From: Polyangiaceae bacterium
GTDB taxonomy: Bacteria; Myxococcota_A; Polyangia; Polyangiales; Polyangiaceae
Assembly (NCBI GenBank): GCA_044376115.1
Contig: JBILLK010000011.1
Coordinates: forward strand, 283,628 to 347,627
Reading direction: 5' to 3'
Length of the DNA: 64,000 nucleotides
Shown here: piece after piece, positions 47,632 through 57,509 of the stretch
Layout: the number at the start of each line of letters is the position of its first letter
Position numbering within the stretch: position 1 is the first letter of the stretch
Notes under the pieces: generated by a model
What the model was told of the DNA's origin: nothing
Databases searched by the model: none
What the model saw: only the letters and a program-made list of their open reading frames with translations
Position numbers and translations under genes: made by a program

Positions 47632-49224
47632 ATGAAACGCGCCGACTTTCTCTCCGAAGCCAACCTCCGTGCCGCAGAGGCTGCCAAAGCGACGGCAGAG
47701 AGCAAGAAGCCCGCTCGCCGCGGTGCCTCCGCTGTGAAGAAGCCGCAAGCACCCGCTGCTCCGCCGCAACACCCGGACGCTCTCGTGGCCTTCATGATGA
47801 AGGATTGGGCTCCGCGAGTGAGTCAGCCGGAGCCGCGCGCCAACGTCGAGGACTTTCGCGCGAGGCGTAACCGGCTGTCGCGTCGTTTCAAAGGGGACCT
47901 GCTGGTCATCCCCACCGGCCACGAGAAGACGCGCTCCAACGACACGACCTACCGCTTTCGGCCCGGGTCCGACTTCTTCTACCTGACCGGCAATGTCGAG
48001 CCCGATTGCGTGCTCGTGCTCTGCCCCAACGCGCGCGGCGGTCATGACCACGTGCTCTTCGTCGAGCCCAATCCCGGCCGCTCCGACAAGACGTTTTTCA
48101 CCGACCACTCGAAGGGTGAACTTTGGGTCGGCCCGCGTCTCGGCGTCGAAGAGAGTGCCGTCCGCTACGGCGTGCACCAAGCCAAAGAGCTCGGCGCACT
48201 CGCTGACTTCGTCGCGCAGGAGGTGAAGCGCGTATCGAAGAATAAGTCAGCGAAGGTGCGGCTACTCACGGGCTTCTCCGCGGCGCTCGACGCCTCATTG
48301 GGCAGAAATCACAGCGCACGTGACAGCGGCGGTCGCGGTGACCTCAAGCCTTGCCCCACTGAGGCGGACAGCGAGCTCGCAGCCTTCTTGTCGGAGCTGC
48401 GGCTGATCAAAGACGAGCTCGAGGTGAAGGAGCTCTACAACGTTACGATGTCCACGAAGCGCGCCTTCGAGGACGTGATCGCGGCGCTCAAGCAGGCCAA
48501 GAGCGAGCGGGAGGTGGAGGGCGTTTTCAACCTGCGCGCACGCGTGGAAGGCAATGACGTCGGCTACGGCACAATTGCGGCGAGCGGTGCCAACGCCTGC
48601 ATCCTGCATTGGACCCGCAATGATGCCCGCCTCAAAAAGCAGGACCTCTTGCTGCTCGACGCAGGCGTTGAGGGAAACCAGCTCTACACCGCCGACATCA
48701 CGCGGACGCTACCCATCTCGGGCAAGTTCACGCCGGCCCAACGCGAGGTCTATGACCTTGTTTGCAAAGCGCAGAAAGCCGCGTTGGCTGCAGTGAAGCC
48801 GGGCAATGACTTCATGGAGCCCAATCGCGCAGCCCAGCGCGTGCTCGCCTACGGCTTGGTCGAGCTAGGGATCCTCGAGGACGCTGAGTTCGCACTGCGC
48901 CCCGAGCAGCAGTTACAAAAGCGGTACACGCTCCACAACACCAGCCACATGCTCGGCATCGACGTTCACGACTGTGCCAAGGCTCGCAACGAGGTCTACC
49001 GCTACGGCAAGCTGAAGCCGGGCATGGTGCTTACGGTGGAGCCGGGGCTCTACTTCCAGCCCGACGATTTGACCGTCCCCAAGAAATATCGCGGCATCGG
49101 CGTGCGCATCGAGGACGACGTGCTCGTGACGGCGACCGGTATGAAGAACCTCTCGGGCTCCATTCCTCGCGACGCTGACGCCGTCGAGCGCTGGATGGCG
49201 AAGATCTGGAAGTCTCGCGCTTAG
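47632..49224 (+). CDS. pepP: Xaa-Pro aminopeptidase (M24B)
   Basis: RSNDTTYRFR, LLLDAG, TADITRT, HMLGIDVHD, TVEPGLY, GVRIEDD. Confidence 0.92.
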   Translation: MKRADFLSEANLRAAEAAKATAESKKPARRGASAVKKPQAPAAPPQHPDALVAFMMKDWAPRVSQPEPRANVEDFRARRNRLSRRFKGDLLVIPTGHEKTRSNDTTYRFRPGSDFFYLTGNVEPDCVLVLCPNARGGHDHVLFVEPNPGRSDKTFFTDHSKGELWVGPRLGVEESAVRYGVHQAKELGALADFVAQEVKRVSKNKSAKVRLLTGFSAALDASLGRNHSARDSGGRGDLKPCPTEADSELAAFLSELRLIKDELEVKELYNVTMSTKRAFEDVIAALKQAKSEREVEGVFNLRARVEGNDVGYGTIAASGANACILHWTRNDARLKKQDLLLLDAGVEGNQLYTADITRTLPISGKFTPAQREVYDLVCKAQKAALAAVKPGNDFMEPNRAAQRVLAYGLVELGILEDAEFALRPEQQLQKRYTLHNTSHMLGIDVHDCAKARNEVYRYGKLKPGMVLTVEPGLYFQPDDLTVPKKYRGIGVRIEDDVLVTATGMKNLSGSIPRDADAVERWMAKIWKSRA

Positions 49225-49248
49225 CCGCGACCCAACCTTCGACTGCGC

Positions 49249-49527
49249 GTGTCGGGGCAACTTCAGCTCGTAGGTGGTGACTCCGACCCGCCGTGTGGCT
49301 TGTGCGGTGCGGTGGCGGTTGGCCCGTGCGCCGACTGCCGCACGCTCGTTTGTGGTGATTGTTGCGTGCTGACCGAAGGGAGCGTGCGTACGTGGGCCAT
49401 CTGCTTGCGGTGCGACAAGAAGAAGGGCCGCAACCTGCTCGGTGGTTGGGGGCTCGTGCTCACCTGGGTGGGCGCGCCGATCCTGGCGCTGATCCTGTTC
49501 GGCGTCGTGATCGAGAGCTGCCGCTGA
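49249..49527 (+). CDS. Small B-box-like zinc-finger membrane protein
   Basis: Four CxxC pairs followed by a C-terminal TM helix. Confidence 0.7.
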   Translation: MSGQLQLVGGDSDPPCGLCGAVAVGPCADCRTLVCGDCCVLTEGSVRTWAICLRCDKKKGRNLLGGWGLVLTWVGAPILALILFGVVIESCR

Positions 49528-49533
49528 GGCCGG

Positions 49534-50964
49534 CTACTTCTTGACGAAGGCGCGCACGTTGCCGAGGACGGCGAACAAGCTGCCGTCTTCGAGCAATACG
49601 GCGACTGGCGCGCCGCGTACGATGGATTGCGAGCGAAAGTTAGCGCCGGGAATCGTTTGCGCCGGTGCGCCGCGCTTGCCCACGGCCAACCCGTCTTTGG
49701 TGGCGACGCATTGATCGTTGTTCTCGGTGTCGAGGCGCAAAAGCTCATTGGGCCCGGCCTGCATTTCGCCGCGCTCCATCGCGAGCCGCTGCAGGTGCAG
49801 CACATGGCCCACAATCTCGGCCTCAAGAACGTGATCGCGTTCTCCCGCCGTATCGATCAGGCGGGCGAGCAGCGTACGAAGCTCCGCGCGGGCGGTGCTC
49901 TCCATCTTGCGCACGCCGTCTCGTTGGCGTTCCGCGTGAAGGACCTGCACGAAGACGCTCGGGATCTTCCCCGACTCGTTGGAGGGGGACTTCTCGGCCG
50001 CGAGCGGACGCGAGGGCGGTGCGCCCACTTCGGAGGGGCGGGCGCCAACCTCGGAGGGCCTGGGTGGAGGGGCTGGCGTGCCGTCGGGCGGCGTCTTCGG
50101 CCGGGCGTTGAGGTACTCGGCGGCTCCTGCGAACACAGCTCCACCCGGCGGAGCGGGCGGCGGCATAGGCGAACCCGGTGGGACAGGCGAACCGAGGTAA
50201 GCCGCGGGCGTAACAGCCCCGTTGAGCGTGCGGTGGAGGCGCGAGAAGGTCTCGCGTTGCAACTCCCAACGAACCTCCGGTCCGTGGGAGGTCCGCAGCT
50301 TGCGGATGGGTGAGGTCTTGATGCGCGTGCCGGCCACCGGTTGGTTGACGCGCAAGGGCTCGAGGAGGCCGAGACTGCCCTCCGTCGGCAGGTGCCCCGC
50401 GTAGATGCTCTGATAGACGTATTGCCGCCGGAACGGCTTGTTCTCGATGGGTGCGGATATCAGGAGCAGCGAGCCGGAGTACGTAAGGATGACCGCGCTC
50501 TGTCGCGAATCTGCGGGTAACCACGGCGCCTCGACGAGACCTGCTTCCTCAGTGATCGAGTTCCACAGCGCGTCTTGTTCGAGATACTCGGCTGCCTTGA
50601 CCTCGAACAGGTCGCGGTACTTCGCTTCGTATTGCAGGCCCAAGATCTGGGCGAGCGCGAAGCGCTCGTCCGGCCCGAGGGAATCGAGCGCCGTTCCAAA
50701 GCTCGCTGACGCGGGCCCGAGGTTGGGGCTGTGCGCATCCACCTCGGCGAGCAGCGCGTTGAAGTCCCGGCGCATGCTCGCGAGCATGTTGACCGCACGC
50801 ATGCGTTCGTCGTCTTTCAGTCCAGCACGAGAAGCATAACGAGCCCACTCGTGAATCCACCCGTCGAGTAGGGTCGCATATTCGTAGAGGCGGTCGGCGT
50901 TGGGGTGGCCGGTGAGCCGCTTACGAAGAGCTTGAACGCGCAACGATGCTCGCGGTTCGTCCAT
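49534..50964 (-). CDS. Hypothetical protein with Pro-rich linker
   Basis: 476-aa ORF; two globular regions joined by a PPP/PSEVGA repeat linker. Confidence 0.7.
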   Translation of the reverse strand: MDEPRASLRVQALRKRLTGHPNADRLYEYATLLDGWIHEWARYASRAGLKDDERMRAVNMLASMRRDFNALLAEVDAHSPNLGPASASFGTALDSLGPDERFALAQILGLQYEAKYRDLFEVKAAEYLEQDALWNSITEEAGLVEAPWLPADSRQSAVILTYSGSLLLISAPIENKPFRRQYVYQSIYAGHLPTEGSLGLLEPLRVNQPVAGTRIKTSPIRKLRTSHGPEVRWELQRETFSRLHRTLNGAVTPAAYLGSPVPPGSPMPPPAPPGGAVFAGAAEYLNARPKTPPDGTPAPPPRPSEVGARPSEVGAPPSRPLAAEKSPSNESGKIPSVFVQVLHAERQRDGVRKMESTARAELRTLLARLIDTAGERDHVLEAEIVGHVLHLQRLAMERGEMQAGPNELLRLDTENNDQCVATKDGLAVGKRGAPAQTIPGANFRSQSIVRGAPVAVLLEDGSLFAVLGNVRAFVKK

Positions 50965-51005
50965 ATAGGCCGAGCCAGGCTATCAGAAGCTTCGCGCTTG
51001 GGGCG

Positions 51006-51827
51006 CTACTCCCTTCGACGCGGAGACTCCTCTGACTGCACCGGCCCCTTCGTAAACGGGGTTTTGGCGCGCAGGATCTCTCGGATTTGTACCATTCGTT
51101 CGGCGCGCTCGGCCGGCAACGCGACAGGCAAAGGCTGCGGCAAGGGCTCGGGGCGTTCTTCCGCAAGCAGCGTCGCGTTGTCCACGAGCGCGTCTGCTGC
51201 CAGCTCCCCGTACAGGCAGATCGCCCCGTTCGCCTCGGGAACACTCGCGGATAACTGACACCAACCGTTCTCATCCGGTAGCTCCGTTTCCTTGAGGGAG
51301 CGGAGCACATCGAAGGTCTCGCAAGCGATCGCGTAGAACGAGCCGAGCTCGCACGGGCCCTCAGCGCGCGGCTGCAAAGGCTTGACCCAAATGCTCATGC
51401 TGTGCGCCGAGCCGGTGGCTGAAGAAGTCCCGCGGCCAAACAAAATGCGGTTCGCCTCGAGACGCCCGCAGCGCAACCCCGAACGGCATAGCCCGCCGGT
51501 TTCACCCAAGATGGTCTCGGGTGCGCCGCTCATGCGCAGCGCGATCCAACCGAATTGTCCTCCTGTGCGGTCCTCAGGAACGATGCTCAGTTCGAAGTCC
51601 CCATCGGCGAACAAGTTATCGATCGGAGACCCCAGCGGGCTGCGGATGAAGACCTCGCGAACGCGGGGTACTTCGGGCGGTGCGCCGCCCTCACCACCGC
51701 TGCCGCCAACTCCGGCACCACCCGAGGACGGCACGGTCGATGAAACGGGGACGGGGGAAAGGCGCTCGTCGGAGCAACCGATGGCCGAAACACCGACGAC
51801 AAGGGCTAGCAAAGTGGCGGTCTTCAA
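51006..51827 (-). CDS. Lipoprotein (paralog 2) with DNL-x-x-DGDFE domain
   Basis: Lipobox SAIGC-SDE; TTG start overlaps the upstream stop; paralog of 53914-54795. Confidence 0.8.
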   Translation of the reverse strand: MKTATLLALVVGVSAIGCSDERLSPVPVSSTVPSSGGAGVGGSGGEGGAPPEVPRVREVFIRSPLGSPIDNLFADGDFELSIVPEDRTGGQFGWIALRMSGAPETILGETGGLCRSGLRCGRLEANRILFGRGTSSATGSAHSMSIWVKPLQPRAEGPCELGSFYAIACETFDVLRSLKETELPDENGWCQLSASVPEANGAICLYGELAADALVDNATLLAEERPEPLPQPLPVALPAERAERMVQIREILRAKTPFTKGPVQSEESPRRRE

Positions 51828-53917
51828 GGCTTCAACTCCTGCCGAACCCAGGCGAGGGCAGCTTCATGGATCGAGTCTTTGCCAGCAAGCAGGTCGCTTT
51901 GCTTTTGCTCGACGATCTCGTCGGGAACGACGCCGTGTCCAATCAAGGCCGCACCGTCTTTGGTGATGGTGTCGCCCGAGGCGAACTGAAAGCTGACCTC
52001 GCCCCAGTAGACGAACTGAATGAAGGTGGAGAAGGCTCCAGCCGTCGGGCCAGGCCCAAACAGCCGCGTCTTGGGCGCGCCCTTCATTCCTTGCGGAAGG
52101 TAGTCGCTGGCGGAGCCGTCACGATGCGTGATGAGCGCTACGGGGAGCGCTGCGTCGTACTGCTCCGAGCCAACCACGTAGGGCGAAGTGGATGCAAAGC
52201 TGTTGAATAGCGCGATGCCCTCGCTCACCGATGCAGGACCATCCCAGGCGGCTTTGTGAATGGGCATGAGCGTTACTGCCCACGTCTCGGTCGGCCGCAC
52301 CAGCTCGGTCATATACTGCGGTGCATCCAGCGTCCCGCCGTTACCGGCTCGGTGATCGAGGATGACTCCGCGCGCTTCATTCTTCCAGCGGTTGACGGCG
52401 TTTCGAATCTTGCCGTTGACGTAGCCGTTGGGATCACCGCCGCCGTAGAGCGTGTCCCAGACCATGCCGAAGATGGCCTCTTCTTCGCTGGTGCCGTCGA
52501 TGCGGCCTTCGAAGAAGTCGAAGTTGACGAGATGGTCTTCGGCGGGGCTGTTGGCGCCCAAGTGGTAGAACGGACGATTGTCGCAAGCGACTCCTTGACC
52601 GGACACAGGAGGCAAATCGGCGACCACGATGGTCTCGAGCTCGCCGTCGCATTGCCCGCTTACCTGGTCGCAACGAATCACCGTGAAGTTCTTCGCGAAG
52701 CGTGAAATCAAGCCACGCGAGCGCCCGAGATCCTCAACGTAGTCGGAGTAGGACTGAGGGTCGCAGGGCGGGTGGTGCGACCAGTTTACGTCGACGAGCC
52801 CGCGCGCCCACTCGATGGGGTGGAGGCCGTCGACAGCGACGAGCCGGTCTCCCGTGGCGAGCCCAGCGATGCTGCCGGTCCCGGTATGAGAGACCATCAC
52901 GTCGGGGAAGATGGGGTGCTTTGGAGCGATGCTTTGTGAGCGATCCGCGGAGCCCTCAATAAAACAGACGTTGAGCCCAGCGCCTGGGTCTGTCTCTTGA
53001 AAGGCCGAACTGACGTTCGTGTGCCAATCACCGAGTTGATGGATCGCGGTCGCCCAGCCGTTCCAAAATTGCCAACCGGTCTCGGCCTCCATCAGCGATT
53101 CGAGCGTCGCGAGCGCCAGCGGGAGGTTGTTCTGCCGCGTGCTTTGCCCACCAAAGAACGTGCGTAGTTTGGACTTCAGCGACTCCACCATCTCGCTGCG
53201 GATCTCGTCGCGAGGCAGCGGCGGGACGGAGGGGCCACCGAGCTTGCAGCGCCCCGAGATGCACACGGCGTCCTCGCCGCAGACTGGGTCGGCGTAACCG
53301 CTGCACGCGGGCTGATCTCGAAACGGACCCGACTTCACGAGCTCGATCGCGTCGAGATCCACGCCGTCCTCCGACGCAAAGTCGATGAACCGTACGTAGA
53401 CTAGTGGCCTGCGCGCACCGTCGATTGGCAGCGGGTTGGATGCGAGCTCCACCCAGCCGTCGCTCGTTGCGCGCCCCGTAGGAGCGAGCACGCCGATCAC
53501 AACGTCATCTTCGGCATAGCGAACGACGAGCCGTGCACTGGCCGAGCCGTGTCTCATCCAGAGCGACGCGGTGTAGCTCGCCGCCTGATCCGGCGCTGGT
53601 GCTGCCTCTGGTACGAGCACGTCATCGCCGAACAAAACGAGGCGTTCCAGGCAGCTGCCAAAGCTATCCACCCGGATGTATTCGCTGCCTTCGAGCGCGT
53701 CCGACGCTTCGGTGATCAGGTCGAAGTGCGGGATCTGACACGCCTCGGAGCTATCCTCCTGGAAATACGAGATGGGGTTCAGCCCGCTCTCGAAGGCCGA
53801 ACTTGCAGGGTCGGGGACAAACCGCCCCGCTTGGTCGAAGTCTCCAGCGTGCGCGTAAGTCGCGGGAAGGAGAGCCAAGCTCGCTGTGGTCAGCGCGACG
53901 AGTCGCAGCTTGTTCAT
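51824..53917 (-). CDS. Secreted S41-family serine peptidase (copy 2)
   Basis: Signal peptide AHA|G; LGDWHT; PDZ-like GDRLVAVDG; ILDHRAGNGG; GSASD; HGVVPD. Confidence 0.82.
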   Translation of the reverse strand: MNKLRLVALTTASLALLPATYAHAGDFDQAGRFVPDPASSAFESGLNPISYFQEDSSEACQIPHFDLITEASDALEGSEYIRVDSFGSCLERLVLFGDDVLVPEAAPAPDQAASYTASLWMRHGSASARLVVRYAEDDVVIGVLAPTGRATSDGWVELASNPLPIDGARRPLVYVRFIDFASEDGVDLDAIELVKSGPFRDQPACSGYADPVCGEDAVCISGRCKLGGPSVPPLPRDEIRSEMVESLKSKLRTFFGGQSTRQNNLPLALATLESLMEAETGWQFWNGWATAIHQLGDWHTNVSSAFQETDPGAGLNVCFIEGSADRSQSIAPKHPIFPDVMVSHTGTGSIAGLATGDRLVAVDGLHPIEWARGLVDVNWSHHPPCDPQSYSDYVEDLGRSRGLISRFAKNFTVIRCDQVSGQCDGELETIVVADLPPVSGQGVACDNRPFYHLGANSPAEDHLVNFDFFEGRIDGTSEEEAIFGMVWDTLYGGGDPNGYVNGKIRNAVNRWKNEARGVILDHRAGNGGTLDAPQYMTELVRPTETWAVTLMPIHKAAWDGPASVSEGIALFNSFASTSPYVVGSEQYDAALPVALITHRDGSASDYLPQGMKGAPKTRLFGPGPTAGAFSTFIQFVYWGEVSFQFASGDTITKDGAALIGHGVVPDEIVEQKQSDLLAGKDSIHEAALAWVRQELKP

Positions 53918-54795
53918 TGGTTTAGCCCCGCCTTTGCGCCGAAGCGCTTGCGCGCTTCCACCTCGAAGGCGCGCTGACTCGGCGTGCTCCCGTTGTCTGA
54001 AGGGAGCAGCGTACGTGCCGCTTGCTTGGCTGCCGCCACGCGGCTGTCCGCAGCTTTCCGTAGCGGCAACGCCTGGGGCGCGCCGGCCGTACTCTTCGTC
54101 TTCATTGCTGCGGGCGACGATGCGCGCACCAGCACCGCGTCATCGACCAGCATCGAGCTCTTGCTGTCGTTGGCGATATAGAAGAACGGCTTGTTCGCCC
54201 GTGCTGGGACCTCAGCCATGAACGTGCAGTAGCCGGTAACGTCGGCGACCGGTGTGAGCAGCACCAGCTCTGCGTCAGGGTCGGACGGAGGAAATGCGCC
54301 GATGTCGAGGATGGCCAGCAGAGCTTCGGAGCACGCTGGCGTGACGCCGTCCTCGTCGGGTTCAAACTTCACGTGCGCCGAAGCAAACAGCGCCTCATCC
54401 CGAGCTCCCACGGCCACACCGAGGATCTCGTCATTGCGCCCGACGCGTGCACACTTGAGGCCGCTGCGGCAAATCGGACCGACGGCGACCTCCTCCAAGG
54501 TGAGCGATGACGGTAGCTGCCACCAACCGTACTGGTCCGAGAAGGGCGACGCCCACTCGAAGTCTCCGTCCCACAATAGGTTGTCCGCTACCGCGACGTT
54601 CCCGAACGGGTTGCGCTCAATCACTGTGCGCAGCGGTGGTGGCGGAGGGGGCTCTTCTGTCGTTGGGGTGGTTGGGACGGGCGTTGCGCCTCCTTCCCCT
54701 GGCTCGACAGCGACCGGATTGACTTGCTCATCGCTGCAAGCCGCTAAGCCAGCCCAAGCGAACGTGACTGCGATGCCTACGAAGAACCGCTTCAT
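53914..54795 (-). CDS. Lipoprotein (paralog 1) with DNL-x-x-DGDFE domain
   Basis: Lipobox LAAC-SDE; ATGA overlap with the upstream peptidase; CRSGLKC motif shared with paralog 2. Confidence 0.8.
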   Translation of the reverse strand: MKRFFVGIAVTFAWAGLAACSDEQVNPVAVEPGEGGATPVPTTPTTEEPPPPPPLRTVIERNPFGNVAVADNLLWDGDFEWASPFSDQYGWWQLPSSLTLEEVAVGPICRSGLKCARVGRNDEILGVAVGARDEALFASAHVKFEPDEDGVTPACSEALLAILDIGAFPPSDPDAELVLLTPVADVTGYCTFMAEVPARANKPFFYIANDSKSSMLVDDAVLVRASSPAAMKTKSTAGAPQALPLRKAADSRVAAAKQAARTLLPSDNGSTPSQRAFEVEARKRFGAKAGLNQ

Positions 54796-56804
54796 GGTGC
54801 GAGCTCCTGCCGCACCCACGCGAGGGCGGCTTCATACACGGTGTCCTTGCCAACCAGCAGATCCGACTGTTTGGGGCGCACGACGAAATCCGGCTCGACG
54901 CCGCGGCCGTTGCGCGTGGTGCCGGTGACGTCGTAGGTGTCTCCCACCGCGATCACGTAATTCACGCCGAGCCAGTAACCAAAGCTGTAGCGCGTAGAGA
55001 AACCGCCGTTGGTTTGAAAGGGCGCAAACAGCTTCACGTTGGGTGCTGCGTCTTTGAGCCCGAGCGGCAGCCAATCGCTCGCGGAAATGTCGCGCGTTAG
55101 CAGCAGTGCAACGGGCATCGTCGTCGGGTTGGCAGAGCCGGCGATGTCCGCTTGATTGGCTGCCAGGCCCGCCGCGAACAAGTCCAGCCCCTCGGCTACG
55201 GAAGGCTGCTCCTCGTCGAAGTAGCGCCGGTCTTGATACACGCTCACCGGGTGACTCGGGACCGCGAACTTCCACAAGATCTGCGGCCCGAGGATGGTTC
55301 CGCCGTTGCCGGTGCGATGATCGAGGATCACTCCGTTCGCCTCGTTCTTGAACAGCTGAACGGCGGCGTTCAAGCCAGGCGCTACCCCGTCGACGCCGCT
55401 CGTCGAAAGCGAGTCCCACTCAGCGCCGTAGAGACCCTCGACCTCGCTCGATTCGTTCAATCGGCCGAAGTACACCGTATCGAACGAAGCCGGCGCATGG
55501 TTCGCCGGTGAGTCGGCGAGATGCCGCAGCGGGCGGTTATCGCATTGCACCGAGCTGAATTGTTCTTCGGGCGTGAGCGTCGGCAACTCGGCGAGATCGA
55601 TGCTCTCGACCTCGCCGCATTGTGAGGTTGCCGCGTCGCAACGGATCACCTCGATCGTGTGGGCGTAACGTGCAATCAGGCCGCGAAGTTGCTCGGCCAG
55701 TTCGGCGTAGGTCGTGTGATTCGAAGTGGGGCTCATCCCCCAGTGGTGCTCGATCTGCGACCGTGCCCATGCGATCGGGTGAACGCCATCGACGCTGACT
55801 AGACGATCTCCCGGGACGAGATCCAGCGTGCGCGAGCCGGCGGTGTGGGAGACCAGCACGTCGAGGTAGGTGTCGTCGGAAGGGGCGGTGGTGGCCGAGA
55901 GATCCGCGTCGCCCTCAATAAAGCAAAGCCCGAGCGGCCGCTCATTCTCGAGCACGAAGTCGGTGATCGAGCTGGTCGTCGTGTGGCCGTCGTGAAGCCT
56001 ACGAATGGCCAAGGTGAAGCTGTTCCAATAGCGCCACGGAGTTTCAGCATTGTCGAGCTGCTGCAGCGCGAGCTCTGCGTTCGGGAGGTCCAGCGTGCGA
56101 TTGAGCAACGGCCCGAACAAGAGCCGCAGACGGTTCTTCAGGTAGAGCGAGACCTGCTCGCGGTCCGGGGGCAGGTTGGGGACCGTTCCGCCGACGTAGC
56201 GACACTGTGAAAACAGGCACACGCTGCTTTCACCGCACACTGGATCGATCGAGCCAGCGCAGCTTTGCCCGCCCCGTTCATCCGGCGCAAGTGCGCGGAC
56301 GGGAACGATTTCAACGCCGTCGACGCTCGCTCCCGAAGGAGCAAAGAAGCCGACGTTCACCGTGGCTCCGCGTTCGCCCTCGATACGTACGTGATCGCTG
56401 GCGACCTCGTACCAGCCGTCGCTGGTCATGCGGCCGGTTGGGTAGAGCACGGCGATCTCATCGACGCCCGCGTGCGGATTGTCTGCGTACGTCACGTCCA
56501 GGCTGGCCACCGCGTCCCCATCGCGGAGCCACGCGCTCACGCGATACAGCGTCGACGACGGCGGAAGGTTCACCGGGAGGTCCACGCCGGCGAACGGTGC
56601 GAGCCGCAGTACATGGCTGCCTGAAAGGGCGCCTTCGTCCTCCTGGATGGTCGCCGAACCGACGTCCAACCCCGGGTCCTCAAAGTCAAAGCTGACTGCC
56701 GCCGCTTGATCGAAGCGAAACGCGCCGTTCTCCGCGAAGGTGGCTGCCCGCGCTGTCGCGGGCAGGAGCCCAGCGACGACCACCGACCATACTACTGCTC
56801 GCAT
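54792..56804 (-). CDS. Secreted S41-family serine peptidase (copy 1)
   Basis: Signal peptide ARA|A; LHDGHT; GDRLVSVDG; ILDHRTGNGG; ISASD; RGVEPD. Confidence 0.82.
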   Translation of the reverse strand: MRAVVWSVVVAGLLPATARAATFAENGAFRFDQAAAVSFDFEDPGLDVGSATIQEDEGALSGSHVLRLAPFAGVDLPVNLPPSSTLYRVSAWLRDGDAVASLDVTYADNPHAGVDEIAVLYPTGRMTSDGWYEVASDHVRIEGERGATVNVGFFAPSGASVDGVEIVPVRALAPDERGGQSCAGSIDPVCGESSVCLFSQCRYVGGTVPNLPPDREQVSLYLKNRLRLLFGPLLNRTLDLPNAELALQQLDNAETPWRYWNSFTLAIRRLHDGHTTTSSITDFVLENERPLGLCFIEGDADLSATTAPSDDTYLDVLVSHTAGSRTLDLVPGDRLVSVDGVHPIAWARSQIEHHWGMSPTSNHTTYAELAEQLRGLIARYAHTIEVIRCDAATSQCGEVESIDLAELPTLTPEEQFSSVQCDNRPLRHLADSPANHAPASFDTVYFGRLNESSEVEGLYGAEWDSLSTSGVDGVAPGLNAAVQLFKNEANGVILDHRTGNGGTILGPQILWKFAVPSHPVSVYQDRRYFDEEQPSVAEGLDLFAAGLAANQADIAGSANPTTMPVALLLTRDISASDWLPLGLKDAAPNVKLFAPFQTNGGFSTRYSFGYWLGVNYVIAVGDTYDVTGTTRNGRGVEPDFVVRPKQSDLLVGKDTVYEAALAWVRQELAP

Positions 56805-56898
56805 AAGGCGGGTCTAGCGCCGGCCGTTTCCCGCGAGAAGTGAAAGATCGTCAAGACTCGTTGGACCTTCAAGTAGGCCCGAGTCATTCGTGTTCCGC

Positions 56899-57504
56899 TC
56901 AGCGCGGCCGGAGTTGTTCCCTGGTGGTGCGCAACACCTCGGTTGCGAGTGCTGGGTCTCCGACCGCTCGCGCTATCGTCATCGCCCCAACGCAGCCTGC
57001 GAACAACGCGATCGCGCGTTCTCGGCGCGACGAGCCACCTTGCTGCTCGTCGAGCTTGTTTTCAACCAGCCGTAGGAAGCCTGAGATCCGCGTCGCCACA
57101 ATCTGCCGCTGTTGCGCCTCCCCACGCGACAACTCGGCGCTCAGCGACGGCATGACACAGCCGCGACCCGGGTCCTGTAGATGAGGGACCGACAGATAGC
57201 GCTTGAGCGCCAGCTCGATCCAGGCGTCTCCGCGCAGCTCCTCGTGCAGCAGCCAGTTGCGTTCGGCCTCGTCAAACATCTCATGCAAGGTGCCAGCAAC
57301 CAAGGCGTCCTTGTCCTCGAAGTGCGCGTAGAAGCCGCCGCGTGTGAGCCCGGCGCCGGCCATGACTTCATTCACGCTTGCTCCTTGCAAGCCGCGTTCG
57401 CGAAACAGCCGAGCCCCCGTCGCGAGGATGCGCTGACGGCTCGAGGCCTTCTTGTGCCCCCGCTGGCTTGCGAGGGCCAGCTCCTTGTCGCTGTGTTTCT
57501 GCAT
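56899..57504 (-). CDS. TetR/AcrR-family regulator (NemR/LmrA-like C-terminus)
   Basis: LFRERG...VMAGAGLTRGGFYAHFEDKDAL; GRGC. Confidence 0.92.
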   Translation of the reverse strand: MQKHSDKELALASQRGHKKASSRQRILATGARLFRERGLQGASVNEVMAGAGLTRGGFYAHFEDKDALVAGTLHEMFDEAERNWLLHEELRGDAWIELALKRYLSVPHLQDPGRGCVMPSLSAELSRGEAQQRQIVATRISGFLRLVENKLDEQQGGSSRRERAIALFAGCVGAMTIARAVGDPALATEVLRTTREQLRPR

Positions 57505-57509
57505 GGTTG

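Noticed and set aside
50015..50065. Short 21-bp tandem repeat (PSEVGA twice)
   Set aside because: In-frame repeat within a Pro-rich linker; ordinary low-complexity coding sequence.
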